64,000 nt of DNA, from contig NC_086108.1 in the NCBI RefSeq assembly GCF_963921235.1, positions 31,684,001 to 31,748,000 on the forward strand, written 5' to 3'. Every line of letters starts with the position of its first letter. Positions within the stretch are counted from its first letter, which is position 1. A program made the translations under genes and the position numbers. The DNA is from Mobula hypostoma (Eukaryota). Shown one piece after another: positions 10,808-22,140 of the stretch. Under the pieces are notes generated by a model that saw nothing but the letters and a program-made list of their open reading frames with translations, searched no databases and was not told where the DNA came from.

Positions 10808-13800
10808 AAATGGCTACGTTGTCACGATACTCTTGAGTGATGCCCTTCTTTCCCGTCTTGGCTTCATTTGCTTGAGACAAGTACAGACACATGGTGCTCA
10901 ATGTTCCTCTGCATGTGAGGCCAGAATAATCTCTCCCTTACCAGAGCTGTTGTGCGATCAACGCCTTGGTGCCCCATTTTATTATTTAGCTTGTTCAGGA
11001 CTAAATACTTGAACTTCTCAGGTAGCACCAGTTGTGTTTGTTGGGTCGTTTTCTGATGAAGGATGCCATCCTCATCCAATGCTAATTTAACCCACTGTAA
11101 CAGAAGGTACCTGGCTCATTTGCTTACTGTCTGCACTTGTTGAAAAGTAGGCTTTGTACCTGAGGATACAAAGTCAATTACCATTTTGATGTCACCATCT
11201 TCTCCCTGCTCTTGCCAGATCTCCCTCCTGGACAGTGGTGGAAGTGACGTGTTCACCAAGTCGATGTTCACTGTGTCTAACTGTACAGATACTGCCATGG
11301 ACCAGGCAGTGTCTGCACTTTGCTGCACCTCAGTGGGCTGGACTGGAGCTCCCACTGAATCAGATGAGATTACTTCCTTGCACTCACTCATAGTCGTTTC
11401 CATGGCTACTGCCATTCGGGACAAAGAGTCACTATCAACGCTCTCTCATAGTCGTTTCCATGGCTACCGCCATTCGGGACAAAGAGTCACCATCAACACT
11501 CACTCATAGTCGTTTCCATGGCTACCGCCATTCGGGGCAAAGAGACACCATCAACACTCTCTCATAGTCGTTTCCATGACTACCAGCATTCAGGACAAAG
11601 AGTCAGCATCAACATTTTCTTTTCCTGGGCGATAACGGCTACTGAGGGTAGAAATCGGCCAGTTCAGCAACAGATCTATATCTGGTTGCATTCAACTTTG
11701 CTGAAGACAGAACATAAATGAGGGGGCTGTTGTCACTGTAAACTGTGAATGTTGGGGCATAGTACAGGTAATCCCTAAATTTCCCAGTAATTGACCACTT
11801 CAAGGTAAGGAATTCCAGTTTCCCGCTGTGTAGGTGGTAGTTTCTTTTCTCTATTTGTCAACGTTCGTGAACCATAGGCTATGGCAGTCAATTTGTCATC
11901 TTGCTTTTGACATGGGACAGCTCCCAACCCCTGATTGGAGGATCAATGTGGAGAATGAATGATCGTGCAAATTCTGGGAATCCCAGCACAGGTGGCAGTA
12001 CTAGGCAGTCAATCAGCTTCTCCAAAGTTTCCAGATGTATCTCTGTCCACGTGATCCGTTTGCAAGAGGGCACACAGTTACTCTTTGTAATTGTCTCTCT
12101 AATGTTACCCCTACTGAGTTGATTTTGATCACTGTCATCTCTGCTTTTTAACAGGTCATAGAGGGTGGGGTTGCGATTTAAGAGAAATCTTTAATGTACA
12201 ACTGATAGTATCTTAATCTTCCTCTGTTCTCCCACTGTGCCCAGTCTCTTTCCTCTCAGCACTGTTACTGCCACTGTGTCTGCAGGATTGATCTGATTTC
12301 CCTCTGCCGACACAATTCTCCCCAGGAAGCAAACCTCAGCCTTGAAGAACTCACATCTGCTGGGTTTAAGTTTCACTCCATGCACCCGCATTCCCTGTAG
12401 CACTTTTTTCACCACCTTAACAAGCTCGTTGAAGGTCTCAGTGAACACCAGCATGTCATCCAGGTATGATGCACAGATTTTGTCTCTTAATCCTTCAAGG
12501 CACTCCTCCATGAAATGTTGAGAGGCTGCAGGTGCATTCATGAGTCCAAAGGGAATTCAAACCCATTTATACAAGCCCCAGGGGGTTATGAAGGCTGTCA
12601 GTGGTCTGCTTTCCTTCACCATGAATCCTTGGTGGTATGCTTTCGCTGTCAAGTAACGAGAACCAAGCATTACCCCTTAAGCTGTCCATAATGTCTTGCA
12701 CTTGTGGAATGGGTTGGCGGTCAGGAATAGTTTTCCTATTCAGGTCCCGATAATCAGTACAGAGATGAAGGCTTCCATCTTTCTTTCTGACACACACGAT
12801 TGGCAAGGTATAAAGAGAGTTAGATTTCTTGATCCACCTGTGGACAATTAGGTCATGCAAGTAATCCTTCATTTCGTTGCAGAGGAGTTTTGGAACTGAA
12901 ATATAAGAGCAGGCAACTGGTTCATCATCTTTGAGAGAGATGCTGAGCTGCAATTCTTTGATACATCCAATGTTGTTGTTCGATTGTGAAAAGGAGTGTC
13001 ATTCTTCTCGTAGCATCTGCTTCATGATCTGCTGCTGTTGTATATTTTGGTGGCTCATGTCGACTGGGGGAATCCCATAAATCACCCTTGTCATCCTCTG
13101 TTTGGTGTCAATTGGCTGGGCCGAATACAGGAACACGGACTTAACTGGTTGCAATGTCCCAAGCACTATCTTCTCGGCAAATACAATATCATGGTCTGTT
13201 CTGTCGTGCACGTCAATAACAACGTCTGGACATGCACCCCTCTGAAGGGTTATGAGTGCTTCACACAGTTTGAGGCCTTCTGCCCGCTGTGGGTTCACTT
13301 CAGGATCAAAGAGCATTATTTTGTCTTCTCTCATAAATGGAGACTGCACATAGCATTGAAGTTGTGTTGTTGCATGTTTTGCTTTGTTAGCTTTCTCCTT
13401 TGTTATCTTTACTCGATGCTCACAGGGATTCTCAATGCTTATCAGATTCATAAATGATGTGATTTTGCTTTTCTTAAGACGAAGGAATGCAGCTCTTATT
13501 GTTTCATGCAAATGTCCTCCCTTCCGGTCTTTCAGTCTTTTGTCATTCTCCTTTATAATCTGCTCAATCACATCGAATCCAGTGGTGGGACGGGGTAGAA
13601 GTCTGCCCTTCAGAAGCCTAACTGGCATGAAAATGATCTCAACCCATTCTACATATGGGATGCTTGCACCAATGGCTGCCACCAGCTGTAATGCCTCGCG
13701 TGACTCTACTGCCTCTGAAACATCACTCCAGGTAAATGCCTAGTTTTCCACTGCTTATCTATGATGCACACCTGTGAACCTGTGTCCCATATCACCACTT

Positions 13801-13830
13801 CGACGTCCCTGTAAGTAGCATTCTACAAGA
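10808..13830 (-). pseudogene. pol: Gypsy A pol pseudogene: protease, RT, RNase H and integrase N-terminus
   Basis: ORFs 12567-12953 (PIVCVRKKDGSLHLCTDYRDLN), 12191-12541 (NAPAASQ..YLDD), 11888-12073 (PPVLGFPEF..FILHID) and 10864-11079 (MGHQGVDRT..RERLFWPHM); many stops and frameshifts. Confidence 0.9.
11383..11614. repeat. 58-bp tandem repeat, 4 copies
   Basis: TAGTCGTTTCCATG recurs at 11391, 11449, 11507 and 11565. Confidence 0.95.
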
Positions 13831-14089
13831 GCTCCTCTCTTTCCCGATGGTCACTTATTAGGGATACGAGGGACCAATGCATTTTTTTTAGCCATCTCCT
13901 CTCCTGTGAGCAGAAGGAAGACACTGAGGTAAATCACACACTTTCTCACTAGTTTCTCCTTGGAGATTCCTAAGTACATCCATGTTCCTTACCCCTTGAC
14001 AGTGGTGCAAGTTATTATAGTGACTGTAAGGTTACCCGCTGCTGTCTGGATTCTGCAGCCTCCAACATTCACCCTCACCTCAAGTGTGT

Positions 14090-14503
14090 GCACTGCTCCT
14101 CCAGACCCTACCCTCACCCTCACCCTCACCCTCACCTCAATCAACTGCCTCACTCCGCTGCTGCTCCTCCAGACCCTACCCTCACCCTCACCTCAATCAA
14201 CTGCCTCACTCCACTGCTGCTCCTCCAGACCCTACCCTCACCCTCACCTCAATCAACTGCCTCACTCCACTGCTGCTCCACCAGACCCTACCCTCACCCT
14301 CACCTCAATCAACTGCCTCACTCTGCTGCTGCTCCACCAGACCCTACCCTTACCCTCACCTCAATCAACTGCCTCACTCCGCTGCTGCTCCACCAGACCC
14401 TACCCTCACCCTCACCTCAATCAACTGCCTCACTCTGCTGCTGCTCCACCAGACCCTACCCTCACCTCAATCAACTGCCTCACTCCGCTGCTGCTCCTCC
14501 AGG
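14090..14503. repeat. 56-bp minisatellite, about 7 copies
   Basis: Unit CCAGACCCTACCCTCACCCTCACCTCAATCAACTGCCTCACTCCGCTGCTGCTCCT, with variable numbers of CCCTCA subunits. Confidence 0.95.
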
Positions 14504-14599
14504 CAATTAGGAAAAGGCTGGGGGTGGCTTGGAATGAACTCAGTCTGACAAGCAGATGGTCCACCTGCTCAACCAATCTCAGTGGCGCCTCCTAAATTT

Positions 14600-14978
14600 T
14601 GTAGTACCCCTGAAAAGGGGATATGGCGAACGAAACGCTGTACCGTTGATACATCAATAACTTTGGTGAAAGAGTACAATGTGTACCTCCCCCTTCCCCA
14701 AAACAGGCACTCTGGCAAGCATAAGCAATCAATCATGTGCTGAAGATTGAATACAAGCCCTTACAAGTCAATGGCAGATTCAGAGCTCAATACTAAAGAG
14801 AAAACCTTTCACACAGATTCTCAGAATTTTTGACACAACAGATTTGCATGTTTTTAAAGTAATTTCTCTTTTTTCTCAACAGAAATGATATTCACATTAA
14901 AAGAATTATTTTAACTCTTTTAAAAATTATTTGAAAGATTATTTATAACTAAATTGAACAGATTTCAAGTGTCACACA
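14600..14978 (-). repeat. 5' LTR of Gypsy A
   Basis: Similar to 2574-2993; followed on the minus strand by a PBS-like motif. Confidence 0.85.
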
Positions 14979-15129
14979 TACGTGTGTGTGGGTGTGTGTG
15001 AGAGAGAGATTGTATACATCTTTGTGTGTGTATTGATCAAATTAACATCACTGTCCTCTCCCAGGCCAGCACCCCCTGCTCTGAGGCCCTAGTTGACAGC
15101 ACTGGATAGCTGTGTCATCAATACCTTAC

Positions 15130-15565
15130 TCCTGAGGTGAACAGTCTGTTTGGACTGCATCACAGGAAGGAATTACTAGATGGTTAGAGGAAAAGATTGA
15201 AGGATGTGCTCAAAACCTCCTTGAGGATAGACAACAATCATACTGGGTCCTGAGAATCTCTAGTGCACGAACACTCGAAGTGGAGTGAAGGGGTAGTCAA
15301 AAGGCTATTAAGAATTCAAGGCAAGGCCCAAGGTAGCACATCTCAAGTGACAAGGCTTCAGCAGCACACAGAACCCCTATGTAGACAGCTTTAGGAGGAC
15401 ACTGCCTCACAAATTCCCATCCACCCACACCCTCAGTCATCTCCTGCCCCATCTGTGGAAGAGTTAGTGCTTCTGTCACTAACGTCATCAGCCACCTCGG
15501 AATCTACAGAACCAGAGTGTAGAATGACATCCTCAATTCTGAGTTGACAGTCCGAGAAGAAGAAT
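15130..15565 (+). mobile_element. RTE-type LINE 3' end, highly decayed
   Basis: C-terminal zinc-finger remnant (SCPICGR..ISHL) at about 15440-15500, then a short UTR ending GAGAAGAAGAA. Confidence 0.5.
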
Positions 15566-15897
15566 GTTTAATCTTCAATAATTTTATACTTTTTATTATT
15601 TTAACTTGCATCTGCACTGAAGTAATTTTCAGAGACATTCACCTTCAGTTTAAGTGGCAGCTGTAAGGTTAGGGCTACACCCACTGTCAAACCCCTTCTG
15701 TCAGAGCAGCTGGCCACATGATCTGTGCTGCTCTGGGCTTTGTCCTTGTGCTGGAATTGAATCACCCAATGGTAGAAGAAACAGGCCAGTCAGGGGCCCC
15801 AGTGACCGCTAACCTCAGGCCAGTGTAAAGTCTACCTGTTTCTCTCCGTTAAGTTACATTCAATACCTCATTTAATAATGCTGAAGCTATGATTGTT

Positions 15898-16043
15898 ATA
15901 GAACATAGAACAGTACAGCACAGTACAGGCCCTTCGGCCCACAATGTTGTGCCGACCCTCAAACCCTGCCTCCCATATAAGCCCCCACCTTAAATTCCTC
16001 CATATACCTGTCTAGTAGTCTCTTAAACTTCACTAGTGTATCT
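15898..16043 (-). mobile_element. Young CR1/HER1 subfamily, short 3' end
   Basis: Near-identical to 39311-39455; tail (ATAGAAC)n as read on the plus strand. Confidence 0.85.
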
Positions 16044-16939
16044 TTATCAAGAAAAGTCTTTCACAACCACAGAGTCATAGATCAAAACAGCACAGAAACA
16101 GGCCCACACATTGATGAGGAGATAAGGGGCAAATTAAGAAATACCCTATCGTTACTTAGGTGGGCTGATAGCTTGGGACATACACCATCAACATTACAGT
16201 AGGTATTAAACCAAAGATCCTCCAATCTCAAAGAAAAGTTCTGTGAGAGATCTGTTATCTGGATGGAAACAAATGAATCACTATGCGTCTGTTCAATTAA
16301 CCAACTCGGTGTTTGCATTCCTTTGTGGTTTACCAATTTCAGAATTAAAGCCCTATATGCTCACAGAACCGTTTTACAGATTGTTGCTTCTCGCAGATCG
16401 AAACCCAGAAGCATTCCTTGACAGGTGCACTTCAAACCAGTGTTGCTTTGAGATGCTCTGTAAAGTTTCATTTGTAGCTGCACCATTAAGGGGAGGAAGT
16501 AAACCAAAAGTAGGGGGAAGAACCAGCTGGGAAGGATGAATGACATTAGACCATTTGGTGCACCCTGAGGAAGTATTAGGTTGGCTCTGGTAATGATTTG
16601 GGGCAAATACTATTGAATGGGTAACTTACTGAAAGCTTGCCATAAGATCTGCAGAAGATTGTACAAAATAGCCTAACAGATAGATCCGATGTTCTGGTAT
16701 AACAGCGACAGCAACATTCCATCTCAACAGAGCAGTTGCATCCCTCCTGCAAATTTGTGCCTCAGAGCTGCTATGGATGCTCAAAGTTCAATTCAACAAG
16801 TGGGAAAGGCTGTCTGGCGAGGGCAGGCATCACCGGAGAGATGGTTGCCAGGGTTGAGGAACTCAGAAAACACAAAGCAGCAAACGCCAGAAATTTGAAC
16901 TGAAAGCAGGGAAAGTTGGAAACACTCAGCAAATGGGGT

Positions 16940-18545
16940 CACATAAGATCATAAGACATAGGACCAGAATTAGGCCATCTGGCCCATCGAGTCTGCTCCA
17001 CTATTTAATCATGGCTGATCCTGTTTTTTTAATCTCCTCCTCAACCCCAGTTCCTGCCCTTCTCCCCGTAACCTTTGATGCCATGTCCAATCAAGAACCT
17101 ATCAATCTCTGCCTTAAATACACCCAACAACCTGGCCTCCACAGCTGCATGTGGCAACAAATTCCACAAATTCACCACCCTTTGCCGAAAGAAATTTCTC
17201 CACATCTGGTTTTACCTGAGGTTGTGCTCTCTTGTCCTAGACTCTCTCACCATGGAAAACATCCTTTCCACATCTGCTCTGTCTAGGCCTTTTCAACATT
17301 CAAAAGGTTTCAATGAGATCTCCCCTTATCCTTCTGAATTCCAGTGAGTACAAACCCAGAACCTCAAACGTTCCTTGTATGATAACCTTTTCATTCCTGG
17401 AATCATCTTTGTGAACCTCCTCTGGACCCTCTCCAATGCCAGCACATCTTCTCTAAGATATGGGGCCCAAAGCTGTTCACAATACTCAAGGCGAGGCCTC
17501 ACCAGTGCCTCAGCATCACATCCTTGAGCTTGTATTCTAGACCTCTTGAAATGAATGCTAACATGGAGGAGGAGAAGATGGCGGCGCGACGCAGCGCACG
17601 TTGCCGGTCCGAATGAATATCGTATGTGTAACTAGGGATGCCGTGCACATTCCGGATTTGATGGGGACAGCCATGTGAAGTGCAGAAGAACATCTGGAGT
17701 AACTTCTGAAATGCCTGCTTTGTTGCCGCTGCTACTGTGCGATCGAGAATCTCCGGAGATGAAGGCCCCAAATCCTCGGCTTTGCATATCGCCTGTTGCC
17801 AGGGCCGGAGTCAAAACGCTCTGCAGAGATGGTGCTCGGTGCTGAGTAGGTGGTCGGAGGCTCGGAGTCAGACTGTGGTCAGATGCTTCCGGGATGCTGC
17901 ATCGGCAAGTTGGTGGCACTGGAGGTTTACCGTCTGTGTGAGATGATGGGACTTTCGAGAGACTCTGAGACTTTTACTGTGCCATGGTCTATTCTTATCA
18001 AATTATGGTATTGCTTTGCACTGTTTGTAACTATATGTTATAATTATGTGTTTTTTAGTTTTTAAGTCGGTTTGTCATGTGTTTTCATGATATCATTCTG
18101 GAAAAACATTTTTATCATTTCTTAATGCATGCATTACTAAATGACAATAAAAGGGGACTGCGTGTCCTCATAATCATAATCATGGCATTTGCCTTCCTCA
18201 CCACCGACTCAACCTGCTGGTTAACCTTTAGGGTGTTCTGCACAAGGACTCCCAGGTCCCTCTGTACCTCAGATTCCTGGATTTTCTCCCCGTTTGGAAA
18301 ATATTCTGCACATTTATTTCTACTACCAAAGTGCATGACCATGCATTTTTCAACATTGTATTTCATTTGCCACTTTCTTGGCCATTCTCCTAATCTAAGT
18401 CCTTCTGCAACTTACTTGTTTCCTCAACACTACCTGCCCCTCCACCAATCCATAACACCTGCAAACTCGGTAACAAAGCCATCTATTCCATCATTTAAAT
18501 CATTTATATACAGCATAACAAGAAGCGGTCCCAACACTGACATCT
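16940..18545 (-). mobile_element. CR1-type LINE 3' part, split by the insert at 17567-18180
   Basis: ORF 18115-18366 KYNVEKCMVMHFG..QRDLGVLV..KANAM; CR1-like 3' UTR and tail at 16940-17100. Confidence 0.8.
17567..18180 (+). mobile_element. Non-coding, non-autonomous retroposon with a YY1-type head and (CATAAT)n tail
   Basis: Flanked by CATGG (17562-17566 and 18181-18185); starts AGGAGGAGAAGATGGCGGCG with a CpG-rich head; ends ATGACAATAAA...CATAATCATAAT. Confidence 0.75.
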
Positions 18546-18734
18546 GTAGACAGAGGATCAGAAATGAAATTTTATAAAATTTCATAAAATTTCATAAAAA
18601 GCTGCTTAGAAATAGGTCAATAAACTTTCACAAAAGATTATGATGAAATTTACCAGCTTGAAATGTAAATTCCCTTTCTTTGTCCATGGAATTGACAAGT
18701 ATTTCTGACTTTCTGTTTTTAACTCACGGGTTGA

Positions 18735-19270
18735 ACTTCCTTAGGAGTTCGCAGAGGTTCAGCATGGATGTGCAGTGGAGAGTATATTGACTGGCTGCAT
18801 CACAGCCTGGTGTGGAAACACCAATGTGTTGAATGGAAATTCCTACAAAATTGGTGGACGCCGCCCGGTCCACGACAGGAAAAGCCCTCCCCACCATCGA
18901 GCACATCAATACAAAATAATCGCAGACCCCCACCACCCAGGACATGCTCTCTTCTTGCTACTGCCATCAGGAAGAAGGTGAAGGAGTCTCAGGACTCAAA
19001 CCATCAGGTTCAAGAAGTTATTACCCCTCAACCATCAGACTCTTGAACCAAAGGGGATAAATTCACTCAACTTCACCTGCCCCATCATTAAAATGTTTCC
19101 ACATCCTATGGACTCACTTTCAAGGACTCTTCATCTCATGTTCTTGATATTTATTGCTTGCTTATTTATTATAATTATTTATATATATTTTCTGTATTTG
19201 CAGAGTCTTTTGCACATTGGTTGAACTCCCAGATTGGTGCGAGCTTTCATTGATTCTGCTATGGTTATTA
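18735..19270 (+). mobile_element. Rex1/Babar LINE 3' fragment
   Basis: ORF 18775-18981 ESILTGCITAWCGN..DPHHPGHALFLLLPSGRR. Confidence 0.8.
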
Positions 19271-22140
19271 TAAGACAATCAGCTATAGGAGCAGAATTAG
19301 CCCATTTGACCCATCAGGTCTACTATATCATTTCATTATGGCTGATCCATTTTCCCTCTCAGCCCCATTCTCCTGCCTTCTCCCATCATATCCCTTCATG
19401 CTCTGACCATCAAGAATCTATTAACGTCTGCCTTAAGTATACATAGTGTTGGCGTGTGGCCAAGTGGTTAAGGCATTCGTCTAGTGATCTGAAGGTCGCT
19501 AGTTTGAGCCTTGGCTGAGGCAGCGTGTTGTGTCCTTGAGCAAGGCACTTAACCACACATTGCTCTGCGATGACACCAATGCCAAGCTGTATGGGTCCTA
19601 ATGCCCTTCCCTTGGACAACATCGGTGTCGTGGAGAGGGGAGACTTGCAGCATGGGCAACTGCCGGTCTTCCACACAACCTTGCCCAGGCCTGCCCCCTG
19701 GAAACCTTCCAAGGCGCAAATCCATGGTCTCATGAGACTAACAGATGCCAAAAAAAAGTATACATAAAGACTTGACCTCCACAGCTGCCCATGGCAAAGA
19801 ATTCCACAGATTCACCACTCTCTGGCTAAAGAAATTCCTCCTCATCTCTGTTCTAAAAGGATGCCCCTCTATTCTGAGGCTGTGGTCTTAGACACTCTCA
19901 AACATCCTCTCTACATCAACTCTATCAAGGCATTTCACTATTCAATAGGTTTCAATGGGGTCATCCCTCATCCTTCTGAATTCCAGTGAATACAGGCCCA
20001 GAGCCATCAAATGCTCTTCATACAACAAACCATTCAATCCTGGATTCATTTTGGTTAACCTCCTTTGAACCATCGACTCCCATGGAACACCACTAGTCAT
20101 GGGCAGCCAACTACAAAAGGCCCCATTTATGCCCAGTCTGTCTCCTGCCAATCAGACTGATTTATCCATGCTAGAGCCTTGTCAAAGGCCTTCTGAAAAT
20201 CCAAGTACATAACATCAACCAATTCTCATTTGTCTATCCTGCTTCTTATTTCTGACTATGGCCTATTTTATCAAGTGCCTCCAAGTACCCTGAGACTTCA
20301 TCCTTAATAATTGACTCCAAAATTGACCCAACCTCTGCCTCTCTCCCTTTCTTTTCCTTTCTTCTGCCTCTCTCCCTTCTTGAAGAGTGGAGTGACAGTT
20401 ACAATTTTCCAGTCTTCTAGAACCATTCCAGAATCTAGTGATTCTTGAAAGATCACTAATGCATCCACAACTTCTTCAGCCACATCTTTCAAAAAACTGA
20501 GTTGTATGCCATCTGGCCCAGGTCACTTATCTAACTTCAGATCTTTCAGTTTCCTAAGAACCTTCTCTCTAGTTTTGGCAATTTCACACACTTCATGACT
20601 CCAGACACCTGGAAATTTCAGATTACTGTTAGTGTCTTCCACACTGAAGACTGATGCAAAATACTTATTCAGTTCACCCGCTATTTACTTGTTCCCCATT
20701 ACTACCTTTCCAGGATCGTTTTCCAGTGGTCCCGAATCCCCTCTTGCCTCTCTTTTACATTTATTATCTGAAGAAAGTTTTGGTATTCTCTTTAATATTA
20801 TTGGCTACCTTACTTTCCTATTCAATCTTTACCCTCTTGAAGACTTTTTAAGTTGCCTTCTGTTGGTTTTTAAAGGCTTCCCAATCTTCTAACTTCCTAC
20901 TATCTTTTGCTCTATAATATGTCCTTTCTTTGGTTTTTATGTTGGGTTTGACTTCTCTTGTTAGTCATGGTTGTGTCATCTTGCCTTTAGGATACTTCTT
21001 CCTCTTTAGGATGTACATATCCTTGCATTCCAAATTGCTTCCAGAAATTCCAAACATTGCTGCTTTGCCATCATCCCTGCCAGTATTCTTTTCCAATCAA
21101 TTCAGGCCAACTCCTCCCTCATACCCATGTAATTTCCTTTACTCCACTATAACACTGATACATCTGACTTTAGCTTCTCCTCCTTAAATTTCATTAATTC
21201 CATCATATTATGATCACTTATCCCTAAAGGTTCCTTTACCTTAAGCTCTCTAAACAATTCCAGTTCATTATACGACACCCAATCCAGAGTAGCTGATCCC
21301 CTCAACCATGAGCTGCTCTAAAAAACCTTCTCGTAGGAATTTTACAAGTTTACCCTCTTAGAATCCAGCACCAGCCTGCATATGGAAATCCCCCATGACT
21401 ATCATGACATTGCTCTTTTGGTTTGCACTTTCTAACTCCTGTTGCAACTTGTAGACCACCTCCTTACTACTGCTTGGGGGTCTGTATATCACTCACATCA
21501 GAGGTTTTTTACCCTTGCAGTTCCTTAGCACCATCCACAATGATTCCACACCTTCCGCTCTATGACTTCTCTTTCTAGTGATCTGGTTTCATTTTTTTTA
21601 CTAACAGAGCAATGCCACCCCCACTACCTTCCTGCCTGTCCTTTCGATATAATGTGTATCCTTGGACATTAAGCTCCCAGCCTTTATCTTCATTCAGCCA
21701 TGATTCAGTGATGCCTACAGCATCATGCATGCTAATCTGTAACTGTGCTACAAGTTCATCGACCTTATTCTGCACACTACGCACAATCAAATATAACACC
21801 TTCAATCCTGTATTCACTCTTTTCGGTTTTGTCCACCTTTTATGTTGCGGCTCATCCTGTTGACTGCAAGTTTTCCCTATTATCAGCCTCTCCTTGCTAG
21901 AAGTCTAACTACACATCGCCTCTGTCTGAAAACCAACTACCTCAACTTCAGCTCTATCACTCTACCAAGAGTTTCAACCCACGCAAACAGTTCTAGCCAA
22001 CCTGCCTACAAGGATATTGGACCCCTTCATGTTTAGGTGTAACCTGTCCCTTTTGTACCGATTATACCTTCCCCAGAAGAGATCCCAATGATCCATAAAT
22101 CAGAACCCCTGCCGCCTACACCAGTGCCTCAGCCTTGCTT
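19271..22140 (-). mobile_element. CR1 LINE, decayed with internal deletions, including the ORF1 esterase C-terminus
   Basis: ORF2 start LKVLYL..RSVQNKVDEL..VGITESWL (21575-21817) plus RT fragments. The minus strand of about 21985-22135 reads WCRRQGF..DHWDLFWGR..RDRLHLN..G (SGNH esterase-like). Confidence 0.8.
19446..19755 (+). mobile_element. tRNA-derived SINE, full length
   Basis: A box TGGCCAAGTGG (19457-19467), decayed B box GTTTGAGCC (19502-19510), CORE-like GTGTCCTTGAGCAAGGCACTTAACC, A tail, and an 11-bp TSD AAGTATACATA (19435-19445 and 19756-19766). Confidence 0.9.

Larger units (their letters stand above)
2574..14978 (-). mobile_element. Ty3/Gypsy LTR retrotransposon A (outer element), decayed, with nested insertions
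   Basis: Paired direct repeats 2574-2993 and 14600-14978 (TGTAGTACCCCTGAAAA...TGTCACACA). Minus-strand PPT at 2994-3017 and PBS-like TTTAGGAGGCGCCACT at about 14581-14596. Minus-strand domain order is protease (WDTGSQVCII, about 13760-13795), RT (YLDD in ORF 12191-12541), RNase H, integrase. Confidence 0.9.

Noticed and set aside
10331..11012. 222-aa and 136-aa ORFs
   Set aside because: Read-through of the pyrimidine-rich Penelope 3' UTR and antisense integrase.
11383..11614. Regular repeats as a possible CRISPR array (also 4295-4477 and 14090-14503)
   Set aside because: Head-to-tail units without unique spacers, derived from retrotransposon coding sequence; eukaryotic context and no cas genes.
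13960..14595. Three overlapping Pro/Ser/Thr-rich ORFs (mucin- or extensin-like)
   Set aside because: Artefact of a stop-free 56-bp tandem repeat that is open in all plus-strand frames.
15702..15736. 9-bp inverted repeat CAGAGCAGC/GCTGCTCTG with nearby E-boxes
   Set aside because: Too short to exceed chance in 64 kb; no other support.
16243..16898. ORFs in apparently unique sequence as host exons (also 50139-50342)
   Set aside because: No recognisable protein similarity and weak splice signals.
19446..19520. tRNA gene (also 29415-29490)
   Set aside because: A/B boxes are present but there is no full cloverleaf; followed by SINE body and tail.
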